From Bigelowiella natans CCMP2755 (taxonomy: Eukaryota; Protista; Cercozoa), in NCBI GenBank assembly GCA_000320545.1, contig ADNK01003348.1, positions 1 to 64,000 on the forward strand: a stretch of DNA of 64,000 bases, given 5' to 3'. Shown in pieces: positions 15,028-27,067 of the stretch. How positions within the stretch are numbered: the first letter of the stretch is position 1; each line of letters opens with the position of its first letter. The notes beneath the pieces are model-generated. The model was not told the origin of the DNA, ran no database searches, and saw only the letters and a list, made by a program, of their open reading frames with translations. The position numbers and the translations under genes are program-made.

Positions 15028-16242
15028 AGCATTATTAACTACAAAGGGGGAGAGAAGGCGGCGGAGGAGATTCGGCGGCTCGCATTGAGGCTTCAAGAGA
15101 TCCACGAGGCACGTGCAGGCTACACATCCACCATTCGTCTACATCATGAATAGCATCACACCATCACTGCCTTTAGTGCATTAATCGTGGACTAGAACAA
15201 AACCTGCAGCAATATATGCGTGTGCATGTGCGTGCGCATACATTTGCATGGTGGAAGCAATCCATCGCATCCCCCCGCCCCCCACCCCCCTCCCATACTC
15301 ACAACACATAGATACGCGTGCACATGCACTGGTTGTCGTAGGGAGATGAAAAGGATTTAAGGATGTTGATTCACCACACACATTCAAACACACACACACA
15401 CAGAGAGAGAGAGAGAGTCCCCCACTCACAATACACTCTCTCCGCATGATATCAGGAATTAGACGTGTTGGGCAGCGAAAGAGGGAAAAGTCGAGCAGCA
15501 GAGATATTATACGGCCTAGGATTCGGTGATTCATTAGTTGTTCGCACCCATCCATTGCCTCGATATACTATCTCGTCTTACAATACTCACCGAAGACCAC
15601 CGCGCTGGCCCCTTTACCCCTTTGCAGATGCACGGGAACTAGAGAGTCGACCTGTGAGTTCTTTCTCAGGAGGATGGCGCATGCGTATTGCCATTGCACG
15701 GGCCTTGTATCTGCGACCTGACCTTTTACTTCTCGATGAGCCGACAAACCACCTGGATCTTAAAGTAGTTGTTTTGTCGGGTTCATTCGTGTCCATAGGA
15801 GTGGAGAAGGGGGGAGGGGGGTATAGTATGTTGCGATAAATATCATAAGAACAAACTGTGAGAAGGTTCATCCGATATTGATTGTATGCTGGTGGCGACG
15901 ATAGCACAACATACACACGCGTGTAGCTTAGAAGTGAAGAAGGGGGATGGGAGGTGGAAGCTAGTGAATGGGAAGGCTATTAGACTCATGTGCTTTCACT
16001 TTGTTACCTGATTTGCTTTTTGTTGTTGTGGTGTGTCTGCTACATGTGATAGGCGGTCTTTTGGTTGTCGCGATACTTGCTGAGATGGAAGAATGGACTC
16101 GTGGTGATACTACAAGCTAAAAACCTGCGTGGCATCTTTTGTTGTGTGTATTCAATCACACGACGCGCACGCACGCATGCGCTGACTGCTGTATAGCATA
16201 TTTGGGTGGTTTGTGTAGCAATGCTCACACAGGCTTTTGCAC

Positions 16243-16280
<38 letters not shown>

Positions 16281-16412
16281 GTGTGTGTGTGCTCATTACC
16301 ACTAGGTTGTTTCCCACGATCGAGAGTTTCTGAACACAGTAGCAACGCACATCGTCCATTTACATGACAAGGTATGCTTATTGAATAATGCGGATATATA
16401 CATATACATATA

Positions 16413-16454
<42 letters not shown>

Positions 16455-16739
16455 TTGTGCTTTTAATTCCATTATTCGTTCGATAGGGGCTGCGCACATA
16501 CACAGGAAACTATGATGCTTTTGAGGTAGAGGGACCTATGTAGCTGGCCGCACTCCATGCAAATAAGCACAATATGTGTGTGCGTGTGTGTGTGTTTGTG
16601 TGTGCGTCGTCTAGCTTGCATGTTGCCCTTCTTCGACTAGAGAGATGGCGTCTTCATAAGCATATAGAGCATTGTGCGAGCGGCTGAGCAGAATTGTGTA
16701 ATGTATATAGTAATATATGCGACTGTGCGTACATGTTTT

Positions 16740-16789
<50 letters not shown>

Positions 16790-16869
16790 CTCTCTCTCTC
16801 CCTTCCCCACCCATCTATAATAAAGGCTCAACATAGCATCGATCGCGAGAAGCAAAATAAGGAATTTGA

Positions 16870-16914
<45 letters not shown>

Positions 16915-17147
16915 ACGTATAAACACATTATATATACTACTTTTCTTTTCCTCCTTCAAGGCAAGTGGATATGTACACATGCGTTGGAAGTATATTCGAG
17001 CTGATGTGTGGGTTGTGCTGTCAGTACCGAAAGGGCCTTCGTTCCGTGCAAGACTCACAAGCAAAACGAGAAAAGTAAGAAGCACTAGACCAAACATAGA
17101 CATAATGGCGCTGAAGCACACAAACGCACACGAACGTTTTCGCGCAC

Positions 17148-17184
<37 letters not shown>

Positions 17185-17355
17185 TGAAAAGGTTTAAGAA
17201 GAAAGTGGAGAAAGATCGCCGACAGCAGCAGCAGATGGTGAAAAAGGGCGGGAACAACAACAACAACAACAACAATGCGGATTCTAAGAGCTCCCCATCT
17301 AAATTCCTCGACTACCAGGCCCGTGATGCTACATTATAAACATATTTACATGTAC

Positions 17356-17430
<75 letters not shown>

Positions 17431-17863
17431 ACGAGTATCATATTGAGAGGGGAAGGGAGGGAGGGGGAAGGTTGGGTCATGCGAAACTATTTCAACTCTA
17501 CCGCGAGGTCCATGCCCCAAACCTAACCCAAAAATCCGTCCCTCATCCTTCTCCCGCTTCTTACCTTTGAACAGGTCAATTTCGCTTTTGGCTCCACCAA
17601 AAAGCTGCCCCCCCCCGTCGTCCAGATGAACGAAGTGTCCTTCGCGTACGAGGAAGATGATGGGGTGGAAGAGGAGGAGGAGGAGGAGGAGGAGGAGAAG
17701 GAGGAGGAGGAAAGACGTATCAAGGCGAGGTCCTCGCCGAAGAAGTTCCTATTCCAAAACGTGTCGCTCGGATTGCATTGTGATTCTAGAGTCGCTATCG
17801 TCGGTAAGTGCCACGATGTGGAGAGACGATGACGATGTGTACTCGTGCGGAAGATCTACATCA

Positions 17864-17895
<32 letters not shown>

Positions 17896-18131
17896 TTATA
17901 CTTCTCTGCTTAATGTAAAGGGCCGAACGGTGCAGGCAAATCTACGCTTATGAGGCTTTTCGCGGGAGAGCTTCAGCCCACGATGGTCTTTTCGCTAGGG
18001 ACGATGGAGAGGGGGCGGGGAGTGATTGAAGTGAAAATTGGAATATGTTGTCCAATACTCTACCCCAAGTTCTCTTTTTGTGCCATTCTTTTTTAGCGAC
18101 GGAGTTTGTCTGCATGCATATAAATAAATAA

Positions 18132-18178
<47 letters not shown>

Positions 18179-18878
18179 TTATAAATGTATTATAAATATT
18201 TATTATCTAAATGATACATTTTTTTATTTTCTTCCATCCTATCATGTGTTGCGTGGATATGCGTGATAAATTTATGAGACTTTGTTGTCGTTAGGGCCGG
18301 AGTATTCGGGACCATCGCTTAGTCATTGGCCGCTTCAGCCAACATTTCGTCGACGTTTTGACCTACGACGACACCCCGGTAGTTCAGAGATGCCTGCTCA
18401 GAGACACAGTGTGGGGTGGGGGGGGGGGAGGGGAGCGGGTTTTGAGGGGGGGGAGATAATTGATTTATCGTACTTACGTCTCGTTTTATAAAAGAGCGCA
18501 TAACCCACACACACACATACTCACTTTCATACACACTTTCATACACACTCATACGCACTCATACACACTTATATCACCCGAACAATAGGTTGAGTATCTT
18601 CTCAAAGAATATCCAGAAGGAGCAAGTAAGACGGCCTTCGCCATCACCCTCCATACCACCGCACCCGCTCATCACTCGCCAATCTAGTTCCTACTAGTTT
18701 GTCAATATCTGTGTATCTGTGAAAAAATAAATGGGGTGCGTCAGCGAAATACCAATATTGCTATTCATCCTCTCTACCTTTGAAGGTGTAGAGGATATGC
18801 GTCGTTGTTTGGGCCGATTTGGACTCCCAGGTAGCACCCTGTATAAATGCGTGTTAGTAACATAGCTCACACACCCAC

Positions 18879-18923
<45 letters not shown>

Positions 18924-19121
18924 GCGTGTGTGTGTGTGTGTATGTAGGATTCACGCATATTGCACCGATCTCAACGCTCTCCGGAGGACAGAAGGCATGA
19001 TCTCGATGATTTGATGATGATACTCATTGCTGCACTATATCAAGATATAAAATTATCTATCCGACACGATTAAGTTTAAATTTGTATATGTACAATAAAT
19101 ACACACACACACACACACACA

Positions 19122-19170
<49 letters not shown>

Positions 19171-19948
19171 TAAGTGACGATGACGATGATGATGATGATC
19201 TTAATGAATTCCAACACACCCAGGCAAGAGTAGTATTCGCCTCCCTCTCTCTCCTCAAGTGAGTAGTCGCCACGAAAGCCCCGCCATATAGCGTCATACG
19301 TGCACGCGTGTGTGTGTGCGCATATGTACATGTACATGCATAGAAGTAAAACATCCTGAATATGCTAGTCATCCATGACGATTCGGAAAGAAAACGGAAG
19401 AAGGGGGGGGGGGGGCTGCCAATACTTACATTACATAACACACGCGCTCCTCGATAAAGGTTCACAGAAATAACGTTCTTCAACACGAAATAGGCCTCAC
19501 ATATTGATGCTGGACGAGCCCACGAACAATCTTGACATGCAAAGCATAGACGCTCTAGCTGAGGCGTTAGATCAGTTTCAGGTGACCCCTCCTCTCCCTC
19601 CTTGTCTTGCTTTATACCCTCCCTAGCATTTCCAAGCGTTGTGTGCATAGTACGGATCGATTGCCATCCAAGAGATCGTTATCGCTTGTACGTTTTTTGC
19701 AAAAAAAAGCATAAGAAGAATCACACGCGTGCTTTGAATGTCACATGCGGGTCGAAATTAGGGAGGCGTTGTCGTCATCAGCCATGACGCTAGGCTGCTG
19801 AAGAAAGTGACAGAGGTGGTGAAACTGTCTGAGCATCGATGGGAGGGATGATGAGCAAAACGCCATGTGATTCTTGGTTCACTTCCGGAACTAGAATATT
19901 TTTTTTTTATGATGATAAACACACGCTCATACACACACACAGACACCC

Positions 19949-20005
<57 letters not shown>

Positions 20006-20226
20006 AATATGTAAACTTGTGTCTCTAATTCATGTTTATCGTCATTAATGCGGCCCGTGTCCCCCCCCCCCTCCCCTTCAAGGATACGACGCGCACAGAG
20101 TTGTGGGAGGTGGATCGCGGTCGTGTTATTAGGCATACGGAGGGTTTTGACAATTATAAGTCACTTCTCCTTGACCAAATCGAGACAACGGCAGCAGAAG
20201 GTGCGCACACGCTGCGAGAGCAATAG
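6877..20226 (+). CDS. ABC-F family (ABCF/GCN20-like) ATPase with a long N-terminal extension containing two SAM domains; >30 exons, start uncertain
   Basis: NBD1: [16 protein letters not shown] (~13810-13857), [32 protein letters not shown] (~15660-15763), [10 protein letters not shown] (~16307), YTGNYDAFE. Linker DYQVNFAF. NBD2: [14 protein letters not shown] (~17790-17950), [36 protein letters not shown] (~19495), [13 protein letters not shown]; stop TAG at 20224-20226. SAM-like segments at ~9035-9425 and ~9828-10200 ([31 protein letters not shown]). Fusion of the SAM part to the ABC part is inferred from continuous exon phase and no visible intergenic gap. Confidence 0.85.
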
Positions 20227-20829
20227 GGCAGAGCTGGAATTTGCAACTCACGCATACAATTTCCATAGTAATGACAAAAATAACATGTAGTTTCGCCTTT
20301 ATCGAACAGAATACGTGATGAATATTCTAGAATACGAGCATCAATCATGCAAATGCAAACTGGTGCGCTAGCAAGCATCGCTACGCGCGGTAAATGTTGC
20401 TACCTCATGTTCAAATGTGGGCGCATGTCTCTGGAACAGCTGCGGTTGTGATATGTGCTGTGCGCAGGTGAGCTGCTCGCCCAGGACCGCGTGTGATCAC
20501 CATCAATTTTAATTAGTCGTTGCTCTCTGCACATCCGCATGCACATCATCGCCGTTTTCTACTCGTCAAGCTAACATGTTTGAGCAAGCGAAAAGGTCAC
20601 AGCGACGCTTGCTAGCTTGGTCTTTGCATGGATGAACAATGCGCAACAGTAGTTCTAGAATTCTAGAGCTGCCACCTCGCTTGTGTACGTGTTGATTTAA
20701 ACGCGTAACCGCAGGCAGCGCACAAGGGAAACTAGTTGCAAACTATTGCAGATGTCAGGCTGTAACGCACATAAAAACAAGCACAACATTGCAAACGTGC
20801 CTCCACCAATATTTGCTCGCCAATTCTTC

Positions 20830-21304
20830 ATTGGTGTCGGAACCTTTTTGGGCTTAAGCTTACGCAGATCGGGGAACGCCCTTTGATAGGAAGCGCAATT
20901 GAGTATTTGAAAATATAGATATCAGACTAATACACACATACACATACACACATACAAACATACATACATACAAACATACAAACATAGACGTGCATGAAGG
21001 ACATTTGCGCGTGCATTTGGATATACAACCAAACAGCGACTAGCTTTCATCGTAGACTGTCGCTACTCCCCCCCCACACTAACCGCATCGTAGCCACTTG
21101 CTTAGCGGCTATTTGTCGTTCCTCTGGGATTTCGCTAATGAGTTCTGGGACCGATAACGCGTCCATGGCGAATTGCAGGGCATTTCTCTCCTTTTAAGGC
21201 AGATCCGGATGCCAAACTCGGAACCTTTAAACGATGATGTAGCGCATCATAGTTATATCATATATTCGTATGCATAGATCCAATCTACAGCAATGTAATA
21301 TTTT

Positions 21305-21340
<36 letters not shown>

Positions 21341-21364
21341 CGTATGCATAGATACAATATTCAG

Positions 21365-21407
<43 letters not shown>

Positions 21408-22132
21408 TGACATTAATATATAGCGTTTTTCGTTGCTTTCGTTGACTGCGTCGAGAAGGATACTGATATCGAACATCATCATCTACGGGGGAGATAAAGA
21501 ACACAGAGCTTAGAGATGTATTACCGCAAAGACATCATTAGACGAGAAAATTTAAGAAAAACGAACACCAAACTGAAACTCGTTTGTTACATCTTCGAGG
21601 AATCTAATGCAATACTTCGCCATGAATACCATAGTTTACGATGACCTTTCCTTCAAGCCACTGCTGCTTGTCATCTCCAACAGTGATCCGGCACTTGTTA
21701 TTTCCGTTCTCGGGTACGATAAGCGGGAGATGGGTCGTGAGTACAAACTTCGCGTTATCTGTATGCAGTTGAATGGCACTATTCGCCTCCATACTAAGAG
21801 TTATAATCAAGATGTTAGAACTCAAGCCCATTATAAACATATCTGGGTATAAGCGGAATTGGAGATCGCGGATAAACGTGATATTATTCAGTTCCCTTGT
21901 CTTATATTTAACCCTTGTTACCTTGCAAAGAATGCTTCTACAGCTGGAATACCAGAATCATGGATTATCTTAGCAGTTTTCGGGAAGACATGCGTGTTTA
22001 CGGGATCCCATACGCCTCTGGATGTATATCGCAAACATCATGTCAGCATTTGTTTTAGCGTTACCTTTTCTATATCATACCTATCCAGAAGGCCAAGGGT
22101 CTTCCAGCCAGCTCCGTATTCTCTTGTTATAT
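20830..22132 (-). pseudogene. Aspartyl/asparaginyl beta-hydroxylase-like 2OG-Fe(II) oxygenase, probable pseudogene
   Basis: Spliced exons read EYGAGWKTLGLLDRGVWDPVNTHVFPKTAK..VEAFFASMEANSAIQLHTDNAKFVLTTHLPLIVPENGNNKCRITVGDDKQQWLEGK-MMMFDISILLDAVNESNEKRYILMFRVWHPDLP*KERNALQF. There is an in-frame TAA at 21194-21196, and the expected distal His of the FD-x4-H-(D/E)A motif is Leu (21453-21455). Confidence 0.75.
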
Positions 22133-22895
22133 CATTTCAAGAATATAGTTGTTCAGGCATGAAACAGAACAACCCACGATATCTTTAGGAATAGTACACT
22201 TTAGTTTCTTCTTTTTGATTTGGAAGACACTGTGGTTAGGTATAGATATTCATATCCACAAAAAAGAAGGGATATATCGTTATAAATATATAAATAAATA
22301 AATATATATATATATATATATTTAGACTCATCAGTAAAATTTTAACTTAAATGAACAGCTGGTAAAGATGAAGAGCAGAAAGCAAAACCGTCGCGAGGTA
22401 TTAATTTGAATATATTAAGCTAATGCAGAGATATTGTGCGCAGTAGAACAGCCTTATTTTTAAATATCAGGCCAGAGATTAAAAGATCTGCTCCTTGGAA
22501 GCTTAAAAACAGAAAAGTAAGATTTTCTACGTTGGCATGATTACCCATTTGTCTTGATTGTTCATTTCGATTATCTTGACACCAAATTTCGGTAGTGATG
22601 CTTTGGATGATTCGGAGTGAGGGGAGATGAAGTAGCTTTGAACCAAAATGGCATATCACTAAATGATGCAAATATCCCTTTGAAATTGTTTGTGCTAAGA
22701 TATCTGCGGCCAGGTTCATAATCAGTGGATTAACTACTAGTTCGTGCATTTCCATGCGCACTAACTGTGTTCCATGCCACACAGCAACGCTGCTTAGCGT
22801 GCTTGTAGTTTAATTAACTTTGATCTACAATGAACTATGGTTATTTGGGCTGCTATTTTCCAAAAGTGGGGACGAAAAGTGGGTTAGATGAAGTA

Positions 22896-25800
22896 GTTGT
22901 GCAGGGTGCTGACAAGTCCTTGCAACGAGTGTTGTTGAGGCTCTGCTGCGTGCAAATGCCTGTCTCCCATGTGGTTCTGGCGCATGTAGTTTTGATCAAC
23001 GCTTTCTTCATTGTTCATTGTTCATTCATTGTGCATTCACATGCACAGCAGCCGTGCGGACGATGCACACGCATCAGATTGCATCGATCGCTACGATCCC
23101 TCACTGGCTAGCAAGCGATGCAATTGTGCAAATGACGTCCATGCACATGACGCTAGCCATGGTGGTCAATGATTGGAGCGCATCCAATGGATCAGCCACC
23201 AACGATGCAGCAATGGTGCTTCAGCTCACAATTGTGCACCTCCTCCACTGCCATGCACAGCAGACAATTGCAAACACACAACCCGCCAGTCATGCATGAG
23301 AACAATGGTGATGCACCACACTTCCAAAGTGCAACAAGACACTTGCAATGAACAGTGAACAATGAATGAACAAAGCATTGATCAAATCCACATGCGCCAG
23401 AACCACATGGCAGACAGGCGCACACGTGCAGCAGCGCCTCAACAAAAATCATTGCGAGGACTTGTCAGCAACCTGTTGGTGGTGAGTGGTGACACAACTA
23501 GCTGACAGCCTGCGTCCAAGGAAGCCAAAGATGACAGGTCAAGGCCAGATGAACCATCTGTCAATCATTGGTGTGGTCAGAATGTGACTAGGTTCTGACT
23601 GAAACCTGCACAGAGAAGCATCAGGAGTGGAAGCTAGGAGCATTCCGACGGGAAAAAACCAGCTTGGCGAACAGCAGCAAAATCATTGAGCAGGACAATG
23701 GTTCGACAGAAAGCCCCATCGATTTCTTTGTCAGTCGAAGGTGCACCAGATCTGGCCTCCAAGGCAATGAACAATGAACAATGATGAAAAACCACACTCC
23801 CAAAACACTTCATGACGTTTGCAACGTGCGGAACGCTGTGTTGGCTCACGCATGAAGTGAAACAAAAAGGAACCAAGAATGGCATTTTGGCCACTCCTCC
23901 GTTCCTAGTTTCATTGTCTTTTGTGCCCAATCTTTGCCAACTTCAGGACCACGCATCCCTGAATCCTGCCGTGATGGTTTGCTCACACTTGGAGATGACC
24001 AAGCAAGAGCACCACACCGCTACGAACCCCAAGCGAACAATCCCATGGACCACACCTTCATGGTCCGCTTCGCACCCACCACAACATCCCCGGCTTTTGC
24101 GGAGACATTGCCCTCGCTGGAAGGCAAGAAGATGGAGGAGGATGCATTCTTCCCACCCAGTCCACTTGGACAACGAGCTTCGCAATGACCACAATGTCCC
24201 CCGGCTTTTGCAGAGACAAAGCTCCCATCATTGCAACCAGAAGCACAAGCTTCACGCCAACCACAACGTCCCCGGCCCGACGGAGACATTGCCTGGAGGG
24301 CACAAAGTTTGAGGAGGGCACCTTCATCCTGACAGGATTCATCCGGGATGAATCTCAGTGCAGACACAGATCCGAAAATCCTTCACTTGGCAGCCAATTC
24401 GCCGATGGCCTGCCCCACCGGTGAACAGGAATGTGATGCACAGGGAAGAGGGGAAAAGCAGCCACCCTCGCAACCGAAAAATCCCCCGCCCATTGCCACT
24501 TCGGCGAATGCAACTTTGAACCTTGAACACAGATCCAAACATCCTTCATCTGGCCACCGAGTCACCGATGGCTGGGCCGACAAGTCTGTCTGTCCCATCG
24601 GTGAACAGGAATGTGGTTCAGGGATGGGAGGAAAAGCCACCCTTGTGACCGAAACCCCCCCGCCCATTGCCGCATCGCGCGCCAATTGGTCGGGTCGTCC
24701 GAAGGGGCACCCAGTGAGAATGGCAAGAACGGCAAGACTGAGCTTTTCACGTGAGGGCACAGCCGAAAAAGCACTCAAAGTGATGACATTGTCATTGGGA
24801 ACAATGAACAATGACATGGGAGACAGGCGTTTGCAAGCAGCAGAGCCTCAACAACACTCGTTGCAAGGACTTGTCAGCACCCTGTTGGTGATCAATGGCT
24901 CTGATTGCAACCAAATCGTGGAAACACGTTGCAATTGCTGCAACTGGGCCTGCAAAGTGTGCAGCCGTCAATCAGTCCGTTGGAATGGAGTCAATCAGCA
25001 AGAACAGCTGCCTCGAACTTGATTCTCAAAGGTGCCATTTCATGTGGCTTTCCCCAAAGCGCACATTGTCACAATGCATCGATTTTTTCATGTCAGACAT
25101 TGCTTCTCCCTCCGACTTTGCAAACGGTGAAGGTCAGTTTTTCCACCGGGATGCCATGGGCAAGGGGAGGTGTGCAACACGTCCGGTGCATCCACTTGGG
25201 AACCTGTTCGAGAAGCAAGTTGCTCATTCTGATTGAGTCTTTGTTGTCATGTGCGGTCCACACCTCCGCATTTCACTTTGGACATCGTGGGGAAAGCCAC
25301 AAGGAGACGATTCAGATTGGATGCAGTTGAACCTGATCAACAACCTCGAAGTCGTCAGTGATGCAAAAAAAACTGTTGCGAACTTGATTCAGTTTGGTTT
25401 TGGTCTGATCTGAGCCCTCACCAAAGCTCAGATCAGACAGAGTGGAGTTTTCAGTCCACGCATTTCCCATGGCTGAGAGGAAATGCGGAAAGTTTTTCGG
25501 GAGTGAAAACTGTTTGGGACGAATCTGTTCGAGTCAGCAATTCAATCGATCAAAGGCTTCATCCAGGAAGAATCTTCAGGTGCATGTCACACTTCGAACT
25601 TGATTCAATTTGGTTCCAGTTTGACCTGGGCTCTCCCCAAAGCTCGGACCAGACAGAGTGTGGTTTTCAGTCCACGCCTTTCCTTTGGACTTTGTGCGAT
25701 CGGCGGTTGTCATTTTTGAGTTTGTGATCGAAACACTGTGAACAACAGAAAGCGCGCAAAGTTTGTTCGGGAGTGAAAACTGCTCAGGATGAATCTGTTC

Positions 25801-26051
25801 AAGTCAGACATGCAGTCGAGTGAAGTCTTCATCCGGGAAGAATCCACAATGCAGATCCAAACATCCTTTGTTTGGCAACCAAGTCACCGGTGGCTGGGGC
25901 GACACGTCTGTCTGTCCCACCGGCAAACTGGAATGTGGTTCAGGGATGGGAGGAAAAGCCACCCTCGTGACTCAAAACCCCCCCGCCCATCACCGCATCG
26001 CGCGCCAACAGGGTGCAACTCGAGAGAAACAATGAAACAATGATGAAGAAC
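22896..26051. mobile_element. Block of degenerate nested non-autonomous DNA-transposon-like repeats, extremely TpA-depleted
   Basis: Inverted repeats beginning CAGGGTGCTGACAAG (22902-23030 vs 23347-23475, and 22902-22971 vs 24814-24884). Direct repeats of ~155 bp (24531-24685 vs 25853-26008, partial third copy ~24400-24500) and ~25379-25537 vs ~25595-25807. No recognisable transposase. Confidence 0.65.
22902..23475. mobile_element. MITE-like element with ~130 bp imperfect terminal inverted repeats
   Basis: The reverse complement of 22902-23030 aligns to 23347-23475. CAGG termini resemble hAT ends, but no clear target-site duplication was seen. Confidence 0.5.
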
Positions 26052-26123
26052 TACATTTCCAAAATGTGAGAGGGTCACTCGAGTTTTTTCAAGGAACAAT
26101 GAGTTACACAACTGCAAACATCC

Positions 26124-26307
26124 TAGATCTAACGTTATTTTTGTTGTCTTAGATCTATTACACCATTCGAAAATTAAAAAAAAAAATACTTTTAGATCTA
26201 ATGATATCATTATTAACAAAAATAGGGCCCTAGATCTAATGTGTACATTTTTTTAATGTGCATTGTGAAATTTTAACATGGCGTTCTTTCTTTTTTTACT
26301 AGATCTA
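26124..26307. repeat. Cluster of five TAGATCTA palindromic octamers
   Basis: TAGATCTA at 26124, 26150, 26193, 26231 and 26300. Confidence 0.8.
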
Positions 26308-26898
26308 GTACCGAGAGAGCGGTGTCGTTAAAAGAAGTCCGCCGCCGGCCGCTCGTATTTTTTTCTCGAGTATTTTTTATCGTAATGGGTCGTCATGGTC
26401 ACTATGAACCCTAAAATAAATGGCATTTATTATAAACGACAACTAACGAACCGTTCTAGTAACAGCTGTGATTAAGAACTAATGGGTCGGCCTGTAATGG
26501 TAGCAAGACCTTCAACACCTCCCTGTCGCTATTCTGCAGCATTCAATGGCCTCACGTCCCCCCCCCCCCCCCCTCTCTCTTGCCCCTGTCCTTCTCCTAA
26601 TCCTTCCTTGTTTCTCTACAGTCTCTATCAAACTCGCCATTTACAGATAAAGGAGGTGATAATAATTAATTATTGTTGTTTTTTTGGGGGGGGAGATTAG
26701 CTTGTTAATTTATGTTCTTAGTCACTTCTTTTTCCTAACTTGTTTTCTTGTTGTCCTTGCTCCACCCTCCTCGCTAACCCTCCTCTATGAGAGACAGATA
26801 GTGGTTACAACAAAAAAGACATTTATGTATCCATGCTCATATCGTATTTAAATGCCATTCCGTTTGCGCCAGGTAGGTAAGTAGACTAGGCCTATAGG

Positions 26899-27030
26899 AT
26901 GAGGATCGCTCCCCTCTTCCTTCGCGTGCCCTCCTTCATCATGCTCCTGCTACTTCCTCAGCTTGTGGTACTTACAAAAGAATTTATCCCATCCTCTTTC
27001 CTCTCCTCCGCCTTCTTAAAGAATATTATA

Positions 27031-27067
<37 letters not shown>

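Noticed and set aside
23018-26043. Dense overlapping ORFs on both strands (up to 224 aa)
   Set aside because: Artefact of TpA loss: TAA/TAG stops and Tyr codons are almost absent, and there are no recognisable domains.
22896-26051. CpG-methylation decay or classical RIP as the cause of the CA/TG excess
   Set aside because: CpG is retained and TpA, the product of RIP, is the missing dinucleotide.
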